DNA of 64,000 nucleotides from Glaucostegus cemiculus (GCA_976551045.1 CDPCPM010000176.1:8680001-8744000); one strand, 5' to 3'; shown: positions 23,009-34,892, counted from the first letter of the stretch. Made by a program: numbers and translations. The notes: generated from the letters alone by a model not told the origin.

Positions 23009-23362
23009 ATAATAATGTGACAACCCCAGGATTTAGCAATGGTGGTCCATGGCTCAGATCACGAGTTGTCAGAAGTCCTTCTCTTTCTTTCTCCTCTGTG
23101 GCAGTGGCAATTTGAAACCCCAAGTGAAACCCTAGGGAATTATTTAAAGGTTGGGGCCTCGAGACTCACGCTTCTGGACTGGGAACAGTATGAGAGAATT
23201 TTAGCCACATCACTTTGAATAGAAGTGGCTGGACAGTGACCAACATTGTGCCACAAACAGTAGATAGAAAGATTATGTCTGAAGCACTGCTTCATACAAA
23301 ATCACACAAACTACAGCCAGCACCTAGTCTATTGAGTATATACCAGCCAAAAATTCAGCTGT

Positions 23363-23510
23363 TTAGGTACACGCAGGGGCGGGGCTTAGAGGGATGTGGA
23401 CTGAATGCAGGAAATTGGGACGAGGTGGGTGGGCACCATGGTTGGCATGGACTGTTTGGGCCGAATGGCCTGTATCCATGCTGTATTGCTCTCTGACTCT
23501 CAGACTCTAT
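23363..23510 (+). mobile_element. CR1 3' UTR fragment
   Basis: ttagagggatgtggactgaatgcaggaaattgggac...gggccgaatggcctgtatccatgctgta...tgactctcagactcta. Confidence 0.8.
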
Positions 23511-23589
23511 TTAGTTGCTCTTACTTTCCAGTTCTTTAGCTTTGTAGATTATGACTGTTCACATGTTTCTTCCATTACCTTTTAAGTGT

Positions 23590-23950
23590 GGTGGGGCTTT
23601 TGCCCCCATCACACTCTCAGGTGGGAAGCTCCAGATTCTCATCATTTATTGGGTGGAAAATATATTTCTTCAACTCCCTTAGAAGGTTTCTACCAATTAA
23701 CATATATCTGTCTCCCTTAGTTATCAAACTCTTAGCTAATGGATATACCTGTAGGTCAATCCTGTTTACCTTTCAATTTTTCACATCTCACTGAAGTCTC
23801 TTTTGTAGCATGGAAAACAAGCCCATTCCAGTCAGACATTCTGTATAACAATAATTCTCAACCCCTATAACATCCTCGTAAATCCCCTCTGCATTCCACC
23901 TAGTGCTATCACGGCCAACCTGTGGTTTAGTGAGCGGCACTATTTTAGCT
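23590..23950 (-). mobile_element. Old CR1 fragment
   Basis: ttccagattctc...gggtggaaaatatatttc and acatcctcgtaaatcccctctgca (reverse of QR.FTRM). Confidence 0.65.
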
Positions 23951-24069
23951 CGAGCATCACCTCCCTGCTTTTGTGTTCCTTGCCTGAGCCAACAGAGGCA
24001 ACCCAAACCTAAACCCCCTCGACATAAAATATGACAACCCAGTAAACACTGGTTTATAAAACATTAAAA

Positions 24070-24170
24070 TAAGGCAGATGATGGAAAGCTGAAACAAACA
24101 TGGAAATGCTGGAGATACTCAGCAGGTCAGGCAGCATCTGTGGAGAGAGAAGGAGAGTTAACGTTTCATT
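24070..24170 (-). mobile_element. Penelope-like terminal arm
   Basis: aaatgctggagatactcagcaggtcaggcagcatctgtggagagagaaggagagttaacgtttca; ends at the reverse complement of GAAACGTT. Confidence 0.78.
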
Positions 24171-24242
24171 CTTAATTCATTAAGACAATGAATTAAGACA
24201 TTCCAGCAAGTTTAGTGTTGTTAAGGATGTTGTTGTTAACCT

Positions 24243-24494
24243 TAAATTAAATTTAAATTTTATTTACAGCGTGGTAACAGGCCCTTTCGGCCCAACGAGT
24301 CCGTGCCACCCATTTTAAACCCCCAAATTAACCTACCCGTACGTCTTTTAGAATGTGGGAGGAAACCAGAGCACCCGGCGGAAACCCACGCAGACACAGG
24401 AGAACGTTACAAACTGCTTACAGTCAGCGACGGGAATCGAACCCCGATCGCTGGCACTGTAACAGCGTCGCGCTAACCGTTTTGCTATCGTACC
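24243..24494 (-). mobile_element. Young V-SINE, subfamily A
   Basis: Reverse complement of 21398-21650 and 51258-51514 with most CpGs retained. Confidence 0.94.
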
Positions 24495-24599
24495 TTCTTC
24501 CAGGTACTTCAGTGTAATGCACCTGGATGCTCTTAAAGCTGGGAAAATTCCATACCAGAACACGGTTACACATGGTGCATTCATAGAATGTTTGTAACA

Positions 24600-24940
24600 C
24601 AGTGTGGTGGTGAAGTAACTAGAGATCTTCAATAACTATCCAGAGACTCATGTTGAAATTCAATTTAATTTCTGTAAATTATCTGAAATTTAGTAAAACA
24701 ACAAACTAGTCTTCGTAATGATGACCACAAAACCAATGGAGCATTGTGAAAGCTGACCTAGTTCACCAATGCACTCCTGGGACAGAAATCTGCCATCCTC
24801 GCCCAGTCTGGCCAATAAGTGGCTCCAGATCTCCCCATGCGGTTGACAATTAAATTCCTTCTGAAATGATGTCCCGAGTCATTCTTGTGAAGAGGAGTTA
24901 GAGAAAGATGTTGGTGCTCAAATCCCAAAAATGAATATTC
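24600..24940 (+). mobile_element. Old SINE-like repeat (second, unnamed family)
   Basis: ctagttcaccaatgcactcctgggacagaaatctgccatcctcgcccagtctggccaataagtggctccag shares its layout with 56085-56260. Confidence 0.55.
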
Positions 24941-26004
24941 TGGGGATTTGGAATTTGAAGAAATGAATCCAGGCTTTCATTAAATCTACAAGGTTTTATG
25001 AAAACATTGCAAAATTTGAGTAAGACGATGTTGTACAGTTCTAGTCCAACCCCTCCACAAACGGTATACTACCTTCCAACAAGGCATAGTTCAAAGTAAA
25101 TCTTTAAGCTCTTCCTCCATCGATTGGGAACAAAGATTTCAGGTTCTGGGAATTCTACACATGAACTCTTAGAGGCTGAGATTGGAGAAATTACACTGGG
25201 GGATAAGGAACTAGTAGAGTAATTAAACAAATTATTGTATCTTCAGGGAAGGGCACAGAAATCTTCACAGCGTCTTCAGGTTTAAAGTAAATGAGAAGCT
25301 CAAAGAAATTATCATTAGTGAAAGATTAATATAGGTGAAATCCTAGGTTTTTGATGGAAGTGTCAGTGGAGATATTGGATGTCATTCTGTTGACTTTCAT
25401 GGATCTGAGGATGGTTCCCACAGATTGGAAGACAGCAAATGTAACCCCTGTAGCTAAGGGACAGAGGGAGAAAAACGGCAACCATAGATCAGTTAAATTA
25501 GCATCAGTAATAAGGAGAATGCAGAATCTATTATTGACTGAACACATGATAAATGATGAAGATATTGGAAAGAGTCAACATAGTTTCATGACAAGGAAAT
25601 CATGTTTGACAAATCTGCTGGGATTGAAGTTGTAACGAGCTGAATAGATAGCTGTGGTCGTGGTGGTTGGGGAGATGGGGGACCAGCTAATGTGATGTAT
25701 TAGGACTTTAGAGAAGCCTTCGATAAATCTTTAGCTGCTCTCTGTTTCCTAACTTAAAACCAATCATCAGTCAGGCCAGTGTCTTGTACCTAATGCCACT
25801 TTAGAATCTATGATCTAGACTTCTTACCTACAGAATGATATAGTCACCACAGAGGGAGTTCAGCAAAGGCTCCCCTGTTTAATTCCAGGGATGGAAGGCT
25901 TTTTATATGAAGAGAGATTAAGCAAATTGGGTTTATTCTTCCTTGAGTTTAGAAAAATTCAATATGATTGCATGAAACATTCTAAATCTAAATGTAGCTT
26001 GGTA

Positions 26005-26366
26005 ATGGTGTTTAAGATATTGAGAGGAATAGATAGAGTTAATAGTCAGCGCCTCTTTCCCAGAGCGCAGATGCTCAAGACGAGAGGGCATGCCTTTAAG
26101 ATAATTAGTGGAAAGTATAGGGGAGATGTCAGAGGGAAGTTTTTCACCCAGAGAGTGGTTGGTGCATGGAATGCACTGCCTGGGGTGGTAGTGGAGGCAG
26201 ATACGTTGGACAGGTTTAAGAGATTGTTAGATAAGCACATGGAAGAATGTGGAATAGTAGGATATGAGGGTGGAAAGAGTTAGTTTGGGAGATGTTTGTA
26301 GGATGGCACAGCTTGATGGGCCGAAGGGCCTGTTCTGTGCTGTATTGTTCTATGTTCTATGTTCTA
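26005..26366 (+). mobile_element. Younger CR1 3' end nested in the older CR1
   Basis: VFKILRGIDRVNSQRLFPRAQMLKTRGHAFK..GKYRGDVRGKFFTQRVVGAWNALP; tail gttctatgttctatgttcta. Confidence 0.92.
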
Positions 26367-26374
26367 ATGGCTGG

Positions 26375-26521
26375 CACAGGAGATTCTACAGATGCTGGAA
26401 TCTGGAGCAACACACACGGAATGCTGGAGGAACTCAGCAGGTCAGGCAGCATCTGTGGAGAGAAATAAACAGTCAACGTTTCAGGTTGAGACCCTTCATC
26501 AGGTTGACTGTTTATTTCTCT
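26375..26521 (-). mobile_element. Penelope-like terminal element with the best-preserved hammerhead ribozyme core
   Basis: Minus strand: agagaaataaacagtc-aac-CTGATGA-agggtctcaacct-GAAA-CGTT-gactgtttatttctct; the flanks form a perfect inverted repeat. Confidence 0.8.
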
Positions 26522-28579
26522 GTTGATAAGGGCTGGGATGTCTAGAACCAGAGGTCACAGGTTGAAAAATAAGTGGGTGGCCATTCAGGACAAAGCTGAG
26601 AAGAAATACCTTCACCCAAAGGATGGTGAATCTTTGTAATTCTCTACTCCAGAGGCTGTGAAGGCTCAAAGACCAACAGATTTTCAAATATTGAGGCAAT
26701 CAAGGGATTCAGGTTAGTGCAGGAAAGTGTAATTTCTCCAATCTCAGCCTTCAAGAGTTCATGTGCAGAATTTCCAGACTCTGAATTTTTTGTTCCCAGT
26801 TGAGTTAGTGTAGAAAAGATCAGACATGATCTTATTGAAGGACTGAGCAGGCAAGAGGGAGAAAATGACTCAGCCTGCATCTAATTCCAATGTTCTTATC
26901 CTGGGATCTTGCAATGGCAAATTTTCTGCTGCATTTCCTACGTTATAGAAATAACTAACCTTTCAAATATTTACTTGATTGTAGTACATCAGAACATCCT
27001 GAAGCTGTGTAAGATGTTGCAAAAGTCTTTCTTTCAAAGACTAAACTTCCCACAAACTCTACTATATGATGGATTCATCAATATAGAAGCTAAAATCCTG
27101 CTATTCTGCAATATTTTCAATGAATCACACAAAGCCTATGCTATGGTAACATACACTATCATATCGACTCCATCATGCAGTACACTGACCCTCCTTCAGT
27201 TTTACTTACACATCTGCGATGCCATCGATTCCATTGTGTCGGAGATTTAGCCTTTCATAGATGCCCTCCTGTGAACATTCTTGTTCCAGGGACTTTAGAT
27301 TTTTATACATGGGCAAATATTTTGTAGAACTGCTACCAAAATCAAACAGTACTGAGAAAAATCAAGAATCTTTGTACATTTTCACATCTATTAAAAGGAG
27401 AGCTGCTCCCTTTCAGGGAAAACATTGTCCAAGCTGTCTGACCCCGATAAAGCAGCAAACATCTGTGCTTTGTGGAAAATTGGATCACCTCACTGTATCC
27501 TTCATAATCTGAAGTAAATGTACCCATAAATAGATGAACACAGGGTAAGACAATTAGCTACAATAATTTGTCAGGCCCTGTAACCATTTAAGTGAAAAAA
27601 CATGCAAGGAAAAGCCTTTCTCATTGAGAAAACCCAAGTATTTGAAGACAGTCTGATGAGACTATTTTGTACTCATCTACATTCTGACAGGTTAAAATAA
27701 TTGCACAAATAGGCCAACGGAATGGATATAGGCTCCTTAATCACAACAGTTGTTTGCATACTGTTTAATGAATGATGTTCTTTTTAATCTTCATTACTAT
27801 TCTTGGAGCCCATGACATGCTTACAAACTAAAGAATAGATTAATAAACTCCCCCTTTCACAGCATGGAGCAGCTCTTCTCTATTTCTTCTCAGAACATTC
27901 TGCAAATCATAATAGCGCTTGTCAATCACAATAAACAGAAGTGGGGAAAGTTCAGAATCATCGCATTTAACTCTTTCCTTCCCCATGTCTCTCCACCTTT
28001 TTCTTCCTGAATTATAATGCAGGAACCGAAGCAGGTGTCCAGAGCCATTTTCCTATGTTTGACCAGTGGTCTCAGTCTGTAGGTGTGGAAAGCCAGCTTA
28101 CCCTGTCCTCAGCTAGACTTCCAACAACAACTGCTGGCTAGCACTTATGAAGAGAAACCCTCACTCTGTTTCTCTCAATAGACTTTGAGGGCAACAGGAT
28201 ACCCTCAGCTAATGGGCTGGCTGGAATAAGCTCATTTGATACGGACCAGAGAACAAACTTGAGGTATCACAGACCTGGTGTCCCAAACTTTGGAGTCCCC
28301 ACCCTAAACTTCTCTGTGTCTCTGCTTTAAGGCTGATCAGCTTTTGGTCATCTGGCCTTATATCTATTTCTGTGAATTGGAATAAACTTTTGTGTGTGAA
28401 GGTCTCTGTGTTTGGATCTTAGGCAGCTCTCTGCCAGAGATATATTGCTGTTTTACTTAACACCTTCTCAGGTGGTATTTTTATTTAACAGGCTTATGAG
28501 TTTCACCATGTGAAGGCCATGTCATTCATACGTCATCAGAATAACTCTTAGAAGACCCACTCACTCATCAATTCAATGC

Positions 28580-28900
28580 CAGCTTGGCTGAGTCAATGAT
28601 GTCCTTGCCTCTGTGTCAGAACGTTTTGAATTCAAGTTCCTCTGATGAAGCTTGAGCAGAAAGACGTAGGTTGATACGTTAGTGCAGTACTAATGGATCT
28701 CTGCACTTAATGGAGGTGCTTTCAGTTAGTAGAGAATTTAAGGTGAAAGCCTCTGAAGTGGGCGTGTGAAATCCATGGCACAGTTTTGATACAGGACTGT
28801 AGTCCAATCCTGATAAGTGTTCATTTTACCATCAGAATCACAATACAATAGCTTTGCGTGGATTTCAGTTGTAATAATTGCAAAGTTATCTTTGTTTGCC
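28580..28900 (+). mobile_element. Ancient Deu-SINE-like (SacSINE1-type) relic
   Basis: gtcagaacgttttgaattcaagt, taggttgatacgttagtgcagtactaatggatctctgcact..ggaggtgc and aaatccatggcacagttttga follow the SacSINE1/AmnSINE1 layout as I recall it; strongly diverged. Confidence 0.55.
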
Positions 28901-28924
28901 ATCAGCAGATTACAACAATTTAAA

Positions 28925-29145
28925 GCAAAACAGTGCAGGTGCTGAAAATCTGAAATAAGAACACAAAATGCTGGAAGCATTCAGCAGGTCAGGCAGCACC
29001 TATGAAGAGAGGTTCAGAGTTAACTTTTCAGGTTGATGCTCTTTTGTCAAACCTAAATAGTAGTTTAGATCAAAAAATCAGTGACCTGAAATACTAGCTC
29101 TAATTTTCACTCTGCAGGTGCTACCCGACCTACTGAGCATTTTAG
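28925..29145. mobile_element. Palindromic Penelope-like terminal element
   Basis: Left arm ...cagcaggtcaggcagcacctatgaagag...ttttcaggttgatg; right arm cagtgacctgaaat...ctctgcaggtgctacccgacctactgagc. Confidence 0.75.
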
Positions 29146-29639
29146 TTAAACTAACAGCAGACTTGAGATTACAGTGAATGTGTAGTTTAATGCACTGTAA
29201 TCCCCGACAGTCATTCATACCTCTTGGCAGCCCACATTGCTCTTCAGCCTTCTACATTGTAATCCAAGGGTTCGGGTATCTGTGGACTCGATGGTAAGGT
29301 GGAAGATCGGCCAAGACCTTGATGAATGGTGGAGCCGGCTCGATGTGCCAGATGGCCTTCTCAATTTCCTAATTTTTCTATTCTTTTCCCTTCTGCAAAA
29401 TGCCATAAAAATGTTACACAATGTTTCTTAAGGTGGAGTAAATAAACATCAATAACACATTCTCCAACCCATAGGAGATGATGTTAGGTGTGTAGGTTGT
29501 AATTCAGCCAGATTACTATTTCAAAATACTTTAACCACGTCTTTTTTTTAGTGGTTATTTAGTTATTTCAGTTTCTTCCTTATTCTCATGCATATGTTCT
29601 GATTTTTGTTTTGAAAGTTATAAACTGTTTAAACTATTC

Positions 29640-30247
29640 ATTGAACACTCTAACAAACTCCTACAGATGTACTGTTGAAAGTATCCTGCCTGATTGGTTA
29701 CATCATGGTCTGGTATGGCAATTTGAATGCACAGGAATTTTAGAAGCTACAGAGAGTGTGGACTCTGACCAATACATCACAGGCACATCCCTCCCCACCA
29801 TCGGTGGTATGTAAAGGAGGCATTGCCTCAAAGAGGCAACATCAATCGTCAAAGATCCCCACCATCCGGGCCATGCCATCTTCTCGCAGCTCCCATCAGG
29901 CAGGAGGTACAGAAGCCTGAAGTCCCACACCACCAGGTTCAAGAACAGCTACTTCCCTTCAAGCATTCGGTTCTTGAACCAACTCGCACAACCCTAATCA
30001 CTACAGTTTAGCAACACAATGACCACTTTGATCGCTTAGGACTAAAATTGACCTTTTTTTTCATACTAATTGTGTCCTTTCTTCTAAAAATTGTGTTTAG
30101 TTTATGCTTAATTTATGTTTTGCTTGTGAATGTTGCTTATCTGATGCTCTGTGCCTGTGATGCTGCTGTAAGTAAGTTTTTCATTGCACCTGTGCACACA
30201 TGGACTTGTGCATATGACAATAAACTTGACTTTGATGTTGACTTTGA
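29640..30247 (+). mobile_element. Rex1/Babar-type LINE 3' end (second subfamily)
   Basis: NTLTNSYRCTVESIL, gatccccaccatccgggccatgcc (DPHHPGHA), LPSGRRYRSLKSHTTRFKNSYFP; ends AATAAActtgactttga. Confidence 0.88.
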
Positions 30248-30269
30248 AAATTGTGTGTTTTTTCCTTTC

Positions 30270-31582
30270 AATAGACAATAGACAATAGGTGCAGAAGTAG
30301 ACCATTCGGCCCTTCGAGTCTGTACCGCCATTTTTAGATCATGGCTGATCATCAATAATCAATATCCTGTTCCTGCTTTGTCCCCATATCCTTTGATTCC
30401 CTCATCTACAAGAAACCTATCTAGCTCCTTCTTGAAAGTGTCCAGAGAATTGGCCTCCATTGCCTTCCAAGGCAGTGCATTCCACAAATTCACAACCCTC
30501 TGGGAGAAGAAGTTTTTCCTCACCTCTGTCCTAAATGGCCTACCCCTTATTCTTAAATCATGCCCTCTGATCCTGGACTTCCCCAACATCTGGAACATAT
30601 TTCCTCTCTCCATCTTGTCCAATCCCTTAATAATCTTGTATGTTTCAATCAGATCCCCTCTCAATCTTCTCAATTCCTGCGTGTACAATCCCAGTCTCTC
30701 CAACCTCTCAGCATAAAACAGTCCCGACATCCCCGGAATTAACCTCGTAAACCTACACTGCACGCCCTCTATAGCCAGGATATCCTTCCTTAACCCTGGA
30801 GACCAAAACTGAACACAATACTCCAGGAGTGGTCTTACCAGGGCCCTATACAAATGCAAAAGAATCTCTTTGCTTTTGTACTCAATTCCCATTGTAATAC
30901 AGGCCAACATTCCATTAGCCTTCATCACTGCCTGCTGTACTTGCTCATTCACTTTCAGTGACTAATGAACAAGGACTCCTAGATCCCTTTGTATTTCCCC
31001 CTTACCTAACTCCACACCATTCAGATAGTAATCCGCCTTCCTGTTCCTGCTTCCAAAGTGGATAACCTCACATTTATCCACATTAAACTTCATCTGCCAA
31101 GTATCTGCCCACTCACCCAACCTATCCAAGTCACCTTGAATTCTCCTAACATCCTCTACACATGTCGCACTGCCACCCAACTTTGTATCATCAGCAAACT
31201 TGCTAATGTTATTCTCAATGCCTTCATCTAAATCATTAACATAGATCATAAACAGCTGCGGTCCCAGCACCGAGCCCTGTGGCACCCCACTAGTCACGGC
31301 CTGCCATTCTGAGAAACATCCATTCACCCCTACCCTTTGTTTCCTATCTGCCAACCAGTTTTCTATCCATGATAATACCCTCCCCCCAATTCCATGAGCC
31401 CTAATTTTACTCACCAATCTCCTGTGTGGCACCTTATCAAATGCCTTCTGAAAGTCAAGGTACACCACATCCACTGACTCACCCCAGTCTATTTTCCTCA
31501 TTACATCCTCAAAGAACTCCAGTAGATTAGTCAAGCATGATTTTCCCCTGGTAAATCCATGTTGACTCGACCCAATCCTTTC
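30270..31582 (-). mobile_element. Young 5'-truncated CR1 LINE with a nearly intact RT domain
   Basis: ORFs 30962-31606 and 30359-30952 are one frame split by a single TAG. Motifs SQHGFTRGKSCLTNL, YLDFQKAFDKVPH, SGVPQGSVLGP, SKFADDTKL, LVRPLLEYCVQFW; tail (CTATTGT)n. Confidence 0.97.
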
Positions 31583-31639
31583 TTCCTGTCCATGGGAATT
31601 CTTCAATGTGGTTTGCTTCCTCTGCCTATTTCTTAATGA

Positions 31640-31735
31640 GATTAATGTAGGTTTGGTGTGGATAAGTGGTCAGGGTCAGTGTGGACTCGGTGGGCCGAAG
31701 GGCCCGTTTCCAAGCTGTACCTCTCTAAGATGCTA
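31640..31735 (+). mobile_element. SINE/CR1 3' tail fragment
   Basis: ggtcagtgtggactcggtgggccgaagggcccgtttccaagctgta. Confidence 0.7.
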
Positions 31736-31884
31736 TACTCCTTGACATTGCTGTTGCTGAACATTGAGGATTCTCTTTAACTGATGGTTGACAACAACCA
31801 ATATTGGATAAAGGGAAGTCAACACTACAGACATGGCGCAATCTTTGTAGTCGATTTTCTTCTAGGTTAACATGCTGTCACTTC

Positions 31885-32205
31885 ATGGAGACACAAGTGA
31901 CTGCAGTGGGTCGAGCAGCATCTGTTGGGGGAAAGGATGTTTCGGGTTGAAAGCCTGCATCAGGACTTAGAGTGGAGAAGGGAGATGGCCAGTATAAAGA
32001 AGAGAGGGGGAGAATCTTCACTATCCCCTCCTCCCACTTCACTCCTATCTACATCATATTGTTATTTTTTCTCTTTGTCTGCCTCCATCTATCATCCACC
32101 CACCACTGTCTCCCCTCCCCTACCTGGTACAACCTGCCTGTCATCCTTCACCCCTCTCAGTCCACCAATCACCTTGGGCTCCTGTCTCACCACTCCCCCT
32201 CTTGT
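31885..32205. mobile_element. Penelope-like terminal/UTR fragments in opposite orientations
   Basis: gagcagcatctgttggggg...gtttcgggttgaaagcctgcatcaggact (reverse CTGATGC...CCCGAAAC), then purine-rich and pyrimidine-rich tracts. Confidence 0.55.
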
Positions 32206-32229
32206 CATTCACTTCATTACTGATTGCTA

Positions 32230-32395
32230 GATCCAGATCATTGTTTGGATGTTAGCACCTTGCTGCTGTGCTCAAATTGGTTTCCATGTTTCCTAAAGAC
32301 CACCTTACACTTCAAAGACATCTCATTGACTGTGAACTGCTTTGGGCATCTGAGGTCACAAAGAGCTCAACATAAGTGCAAGTCTTTCTTTCTTC
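32230..32395 (+). mobile_element. Deu-SINE-like 3' relic
   Basis: gctgtgctcaaattggtttccatgtttccta...acacttcaaaga..tcattgactgtgaactgctttgggcatctgagg...aagtgcaagtctttc. Confidence 0.6.
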
Positions 32396-32691
32396 ATTTG
32401 CTGTGCTTGAGTCTGAAGTTGTCATACTTATTGCCATCAAAGTGCTGCAAGGAGTAATTTATTGGGTATGATTGCTTTTTTGGGGTGTTCTGATGCTATA
32501 CCGAGAAGCTAAATATATATCTTTCTGCTTTCAAAACAACGCAAATGGATGTTATTTGGAATAATTTCCTTTTGTTAACTGGTGAGATTTAAACCCTTGC
32601 ACAACAGAAACTCTGTGACTACATTTGGTTCATTGTTAAAAGTAAGAAGGCAGCACAAGAAACAGAAGCAGAAAAGGATATTTGGCCCTCA

Positions 32692-33006
32692 AGGGGCAGC
32701 ACAGGGGTGCAGATAGTGGAGCCACTGCCTCACAGCACCAGAGACCTGGGTTCAATCCTGGCTTCAGGTACTGTCTGTGTGGAGTTTGCACATTCTCCCT
32801 GTGACCACATAGTTTCCCTCGGGTGCTCTGGTTTCCTCCCACATGTTGTTTGGTAGATCAACTGGCCACTTTGAATTGCTGCTAGTGTGTAGCTGAATGG
32901 TAGAATCTGATGAGAATGTGAGGTTAATGCAGGATTCATGTAAATCAGTGGTTGATGGCCAGTGTCAAAGGTCCCGTTTCTATGCCGTGTCACTCTATGA
33001 CTCTAT
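32692..33006 (+). mobile_element. Old V-SINE/HE1-like copy with GACTCTAT CR1 tail
   Basis: ctgcctcacagcaccagagacctgggttcaatcctg, tgtgtggagtttgcacattctccctgtgacc, ending ctctatgactctat. Confidence 0.85.
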
Positions 33007-34040
33007 AAGCCTGCTCCACTATCCAATAAGGTGATGGTTGACCACATCTTGGCCTCAGACCTACTTTTCTGCCTGTTCCACATTTGTCTCGGCTACCCTA
33101 TATATCAAAAAACTCTCCATCTCTACCTGGACAATATTCAATAGTTCATCCTGCACAGCTCTCTGGGAGGTTGATTGCCAATAATTTATTCCAGAGTTTA
33201 ATCTGGGCAAATGTGAGGAGTTGCACTTTGAATGGTCCAATGAAAGGGGAATGTACACAGTAAATGGCAGGATTCTTAGCAGCATTGATGTGCAGAGCGA
33301 TCTTGGGATCCACGTACATAACTTCCTGAAAGTGGCCATGCCTTGGATAGGGTGGTAAAAAAGGTGGATGGCATGCTTGCATTCATCAGTCCTGCTACTA
33401 AGTATAAGAGTCAGGAAGCCCCGTAGGCCACATTTGGAGTATTATCTGCTGTTCTAGTTGCCCCATTACAGACACAATAGTGGCATTTAAGGAGTATTTA
33501 GACAGACACATGAACTTGGAAGGAATGGAGGGATTTGGATCATGTGCAGCAGATGGGATTAGTTTCACCTGGCATCATGGCCAGCACAGACCTTGTGGGC
33601 CGAAGGGCCTCTTCCTGCACTCTATGTTATTTTTCCCTCTGGAAATCAAGCCTCCTCATCTCTAACTCAAATATGCAACCCCTTATTCTGAAACTATGCT
33701 CCCTTGTTCTAGACTTCCCTTCAAGGAGAAACATCCACTCTGCATTTACTCTATGTCAAGCTGTTTTATATCTTTCAGTAAGATCATTCTCCTGAACTTA
33801 TTCAACCTTCCCTCTTATGCAACCTCCGAAGTGAGCCTTATTTAAACTGCCCCCAACACAATATTATCCCATTCTAATTAAGGAGACCAAATAGTACACA
33901 GTATTCCAGGTGTGGTCTCATCAGTTGCAGCAAGACTTCCCTTTTATACCTCATTCCCTTTACAATAAAGATTCTATTTGCTTTCCTAATTACTTGCTAT
34001 TCCACAATGCTAACTTTCTGTGTTTCTGTACAGGACGCAT
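33007..34040. mobile_element. Mosaic of CR1 fragments: minus (33007-33180), plus with internal deletion (33195-33630), minus (33640-34040)
   Basis: Plus part reads EFNLGKCEELHF, DLGIHVHNFLKVA, RPHLEY, then jumps to the 3' end. Minus parts carry accccttattctgaaactatgc and cagtattccaggtgtggtctca. Confidence 0.8.
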
Positions 34041-34269
34041 TATCTAAATAAATGATTTTATGAAAAGGGACTTCGATAGGATCAATTTTGTTTGCTTTGA
34101 AAGTATTCCTTGCCTGGGGGGAAGTCAAGGAAAATAATGAAATGCAAGTTCAACTTTAGTTAATAGTAACAAAAAGTAATCTAGCAACTGCACGGAACAA
34201 GATCTCAATATCCAAGTGTCACTGAGAAAACTGCTCAAAATAATAATAGAACACTTAATTTTACTGTGT

Positions 34270-34555
34270 TCTTCATAGGCTCAGGACAGTACAAAGAGGT
34301 TTGCAGTCAATGAAGAATACTTAATGTGTACTCACTGATGTAAGGGAGCACAGTCATCAATTTTTATAAAGCAAACTCCAACGAACAATAAGGGAGTGAT
34401 GTGTTCATTTGTTCAAGGTGTAAGCCCAGAAAACTCGGAAAATAATGGTATTGGGCTTTTCACCTCTCACCCTTCAATGGCCCATCTCAGAGGGCAGACA
34501 ATTAGCGCCTCCTCTGGAAACATGCACCTTCGATAGATCAGCACAGTCTCACTGG
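34270..34555 (-). mobile_element. Deu-SINE-like relic
   Basis: caaagaggtttgcagtcaatgaagaatactt..tgtactcactgatgtaa is the reverse of the motif at 32300-32350. Confidence 0.45.
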
Positions 34556-34559
34556 AGGT

Positions 34560-34892
34560 GACACAGAGTAGCAGCTGGTGGAGCTGCTGCTCACAGCTCC
34601 AGCGACCCAGGTTCAATTCTGGCTCTGAGTACCATCTTTGTGGAGTTTGCATGTTCATTTGTGACTGTGTTGTTTTCATTGGGTGCTCCAGTTTTCTCCC
34701 ACATCCCAAAGGTATGCAGGTTGCTAGTTTAATTGGCCATTGATAGCCGTCCCCAGTGCGTAGGTGAGTGCTGGAATCTGCGGAGAGCTGATGGGAATGT
34801 TGGGAGAATAAAATTGGATTAGTGTAGGATTTGTATAAATGGATGTAAACTCAGAGGCCCTAAGGACCCTTTCTTGTTGTATGACTCTATGA
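34560..34892 (+). mobile_element. Old V-SINE/HE1-like copy
   Basis: gctcacagctccagcgacccaggttcaattctg, tgtggagtttgcatgttc, ctcccacatcccaaag, ending gtatgactctatga. Confidence 0.82.

Larger units (their letters stand above)
25170..26900 (+). mobile_element. Heavily decayed CR1 hosting younger insertions
   Basis: MVPTDWKTANVTP...NHRSVKLAS...SQHSFMTRKSCLTNLL; YEERLSKLGLFFLEFR; resumes at about 26530 with tctagaaccagaggtcacagg and ttcacccaaaggatggtgaatc. Confidence 0.85.

Noticed and set aside
23016-23210. Possible second solo LTR starting TGTGACAAC at a CR1 boundary
   Set aside because: No matching CA end with a target-site duplication, and the CR1 does not resume afterwards.
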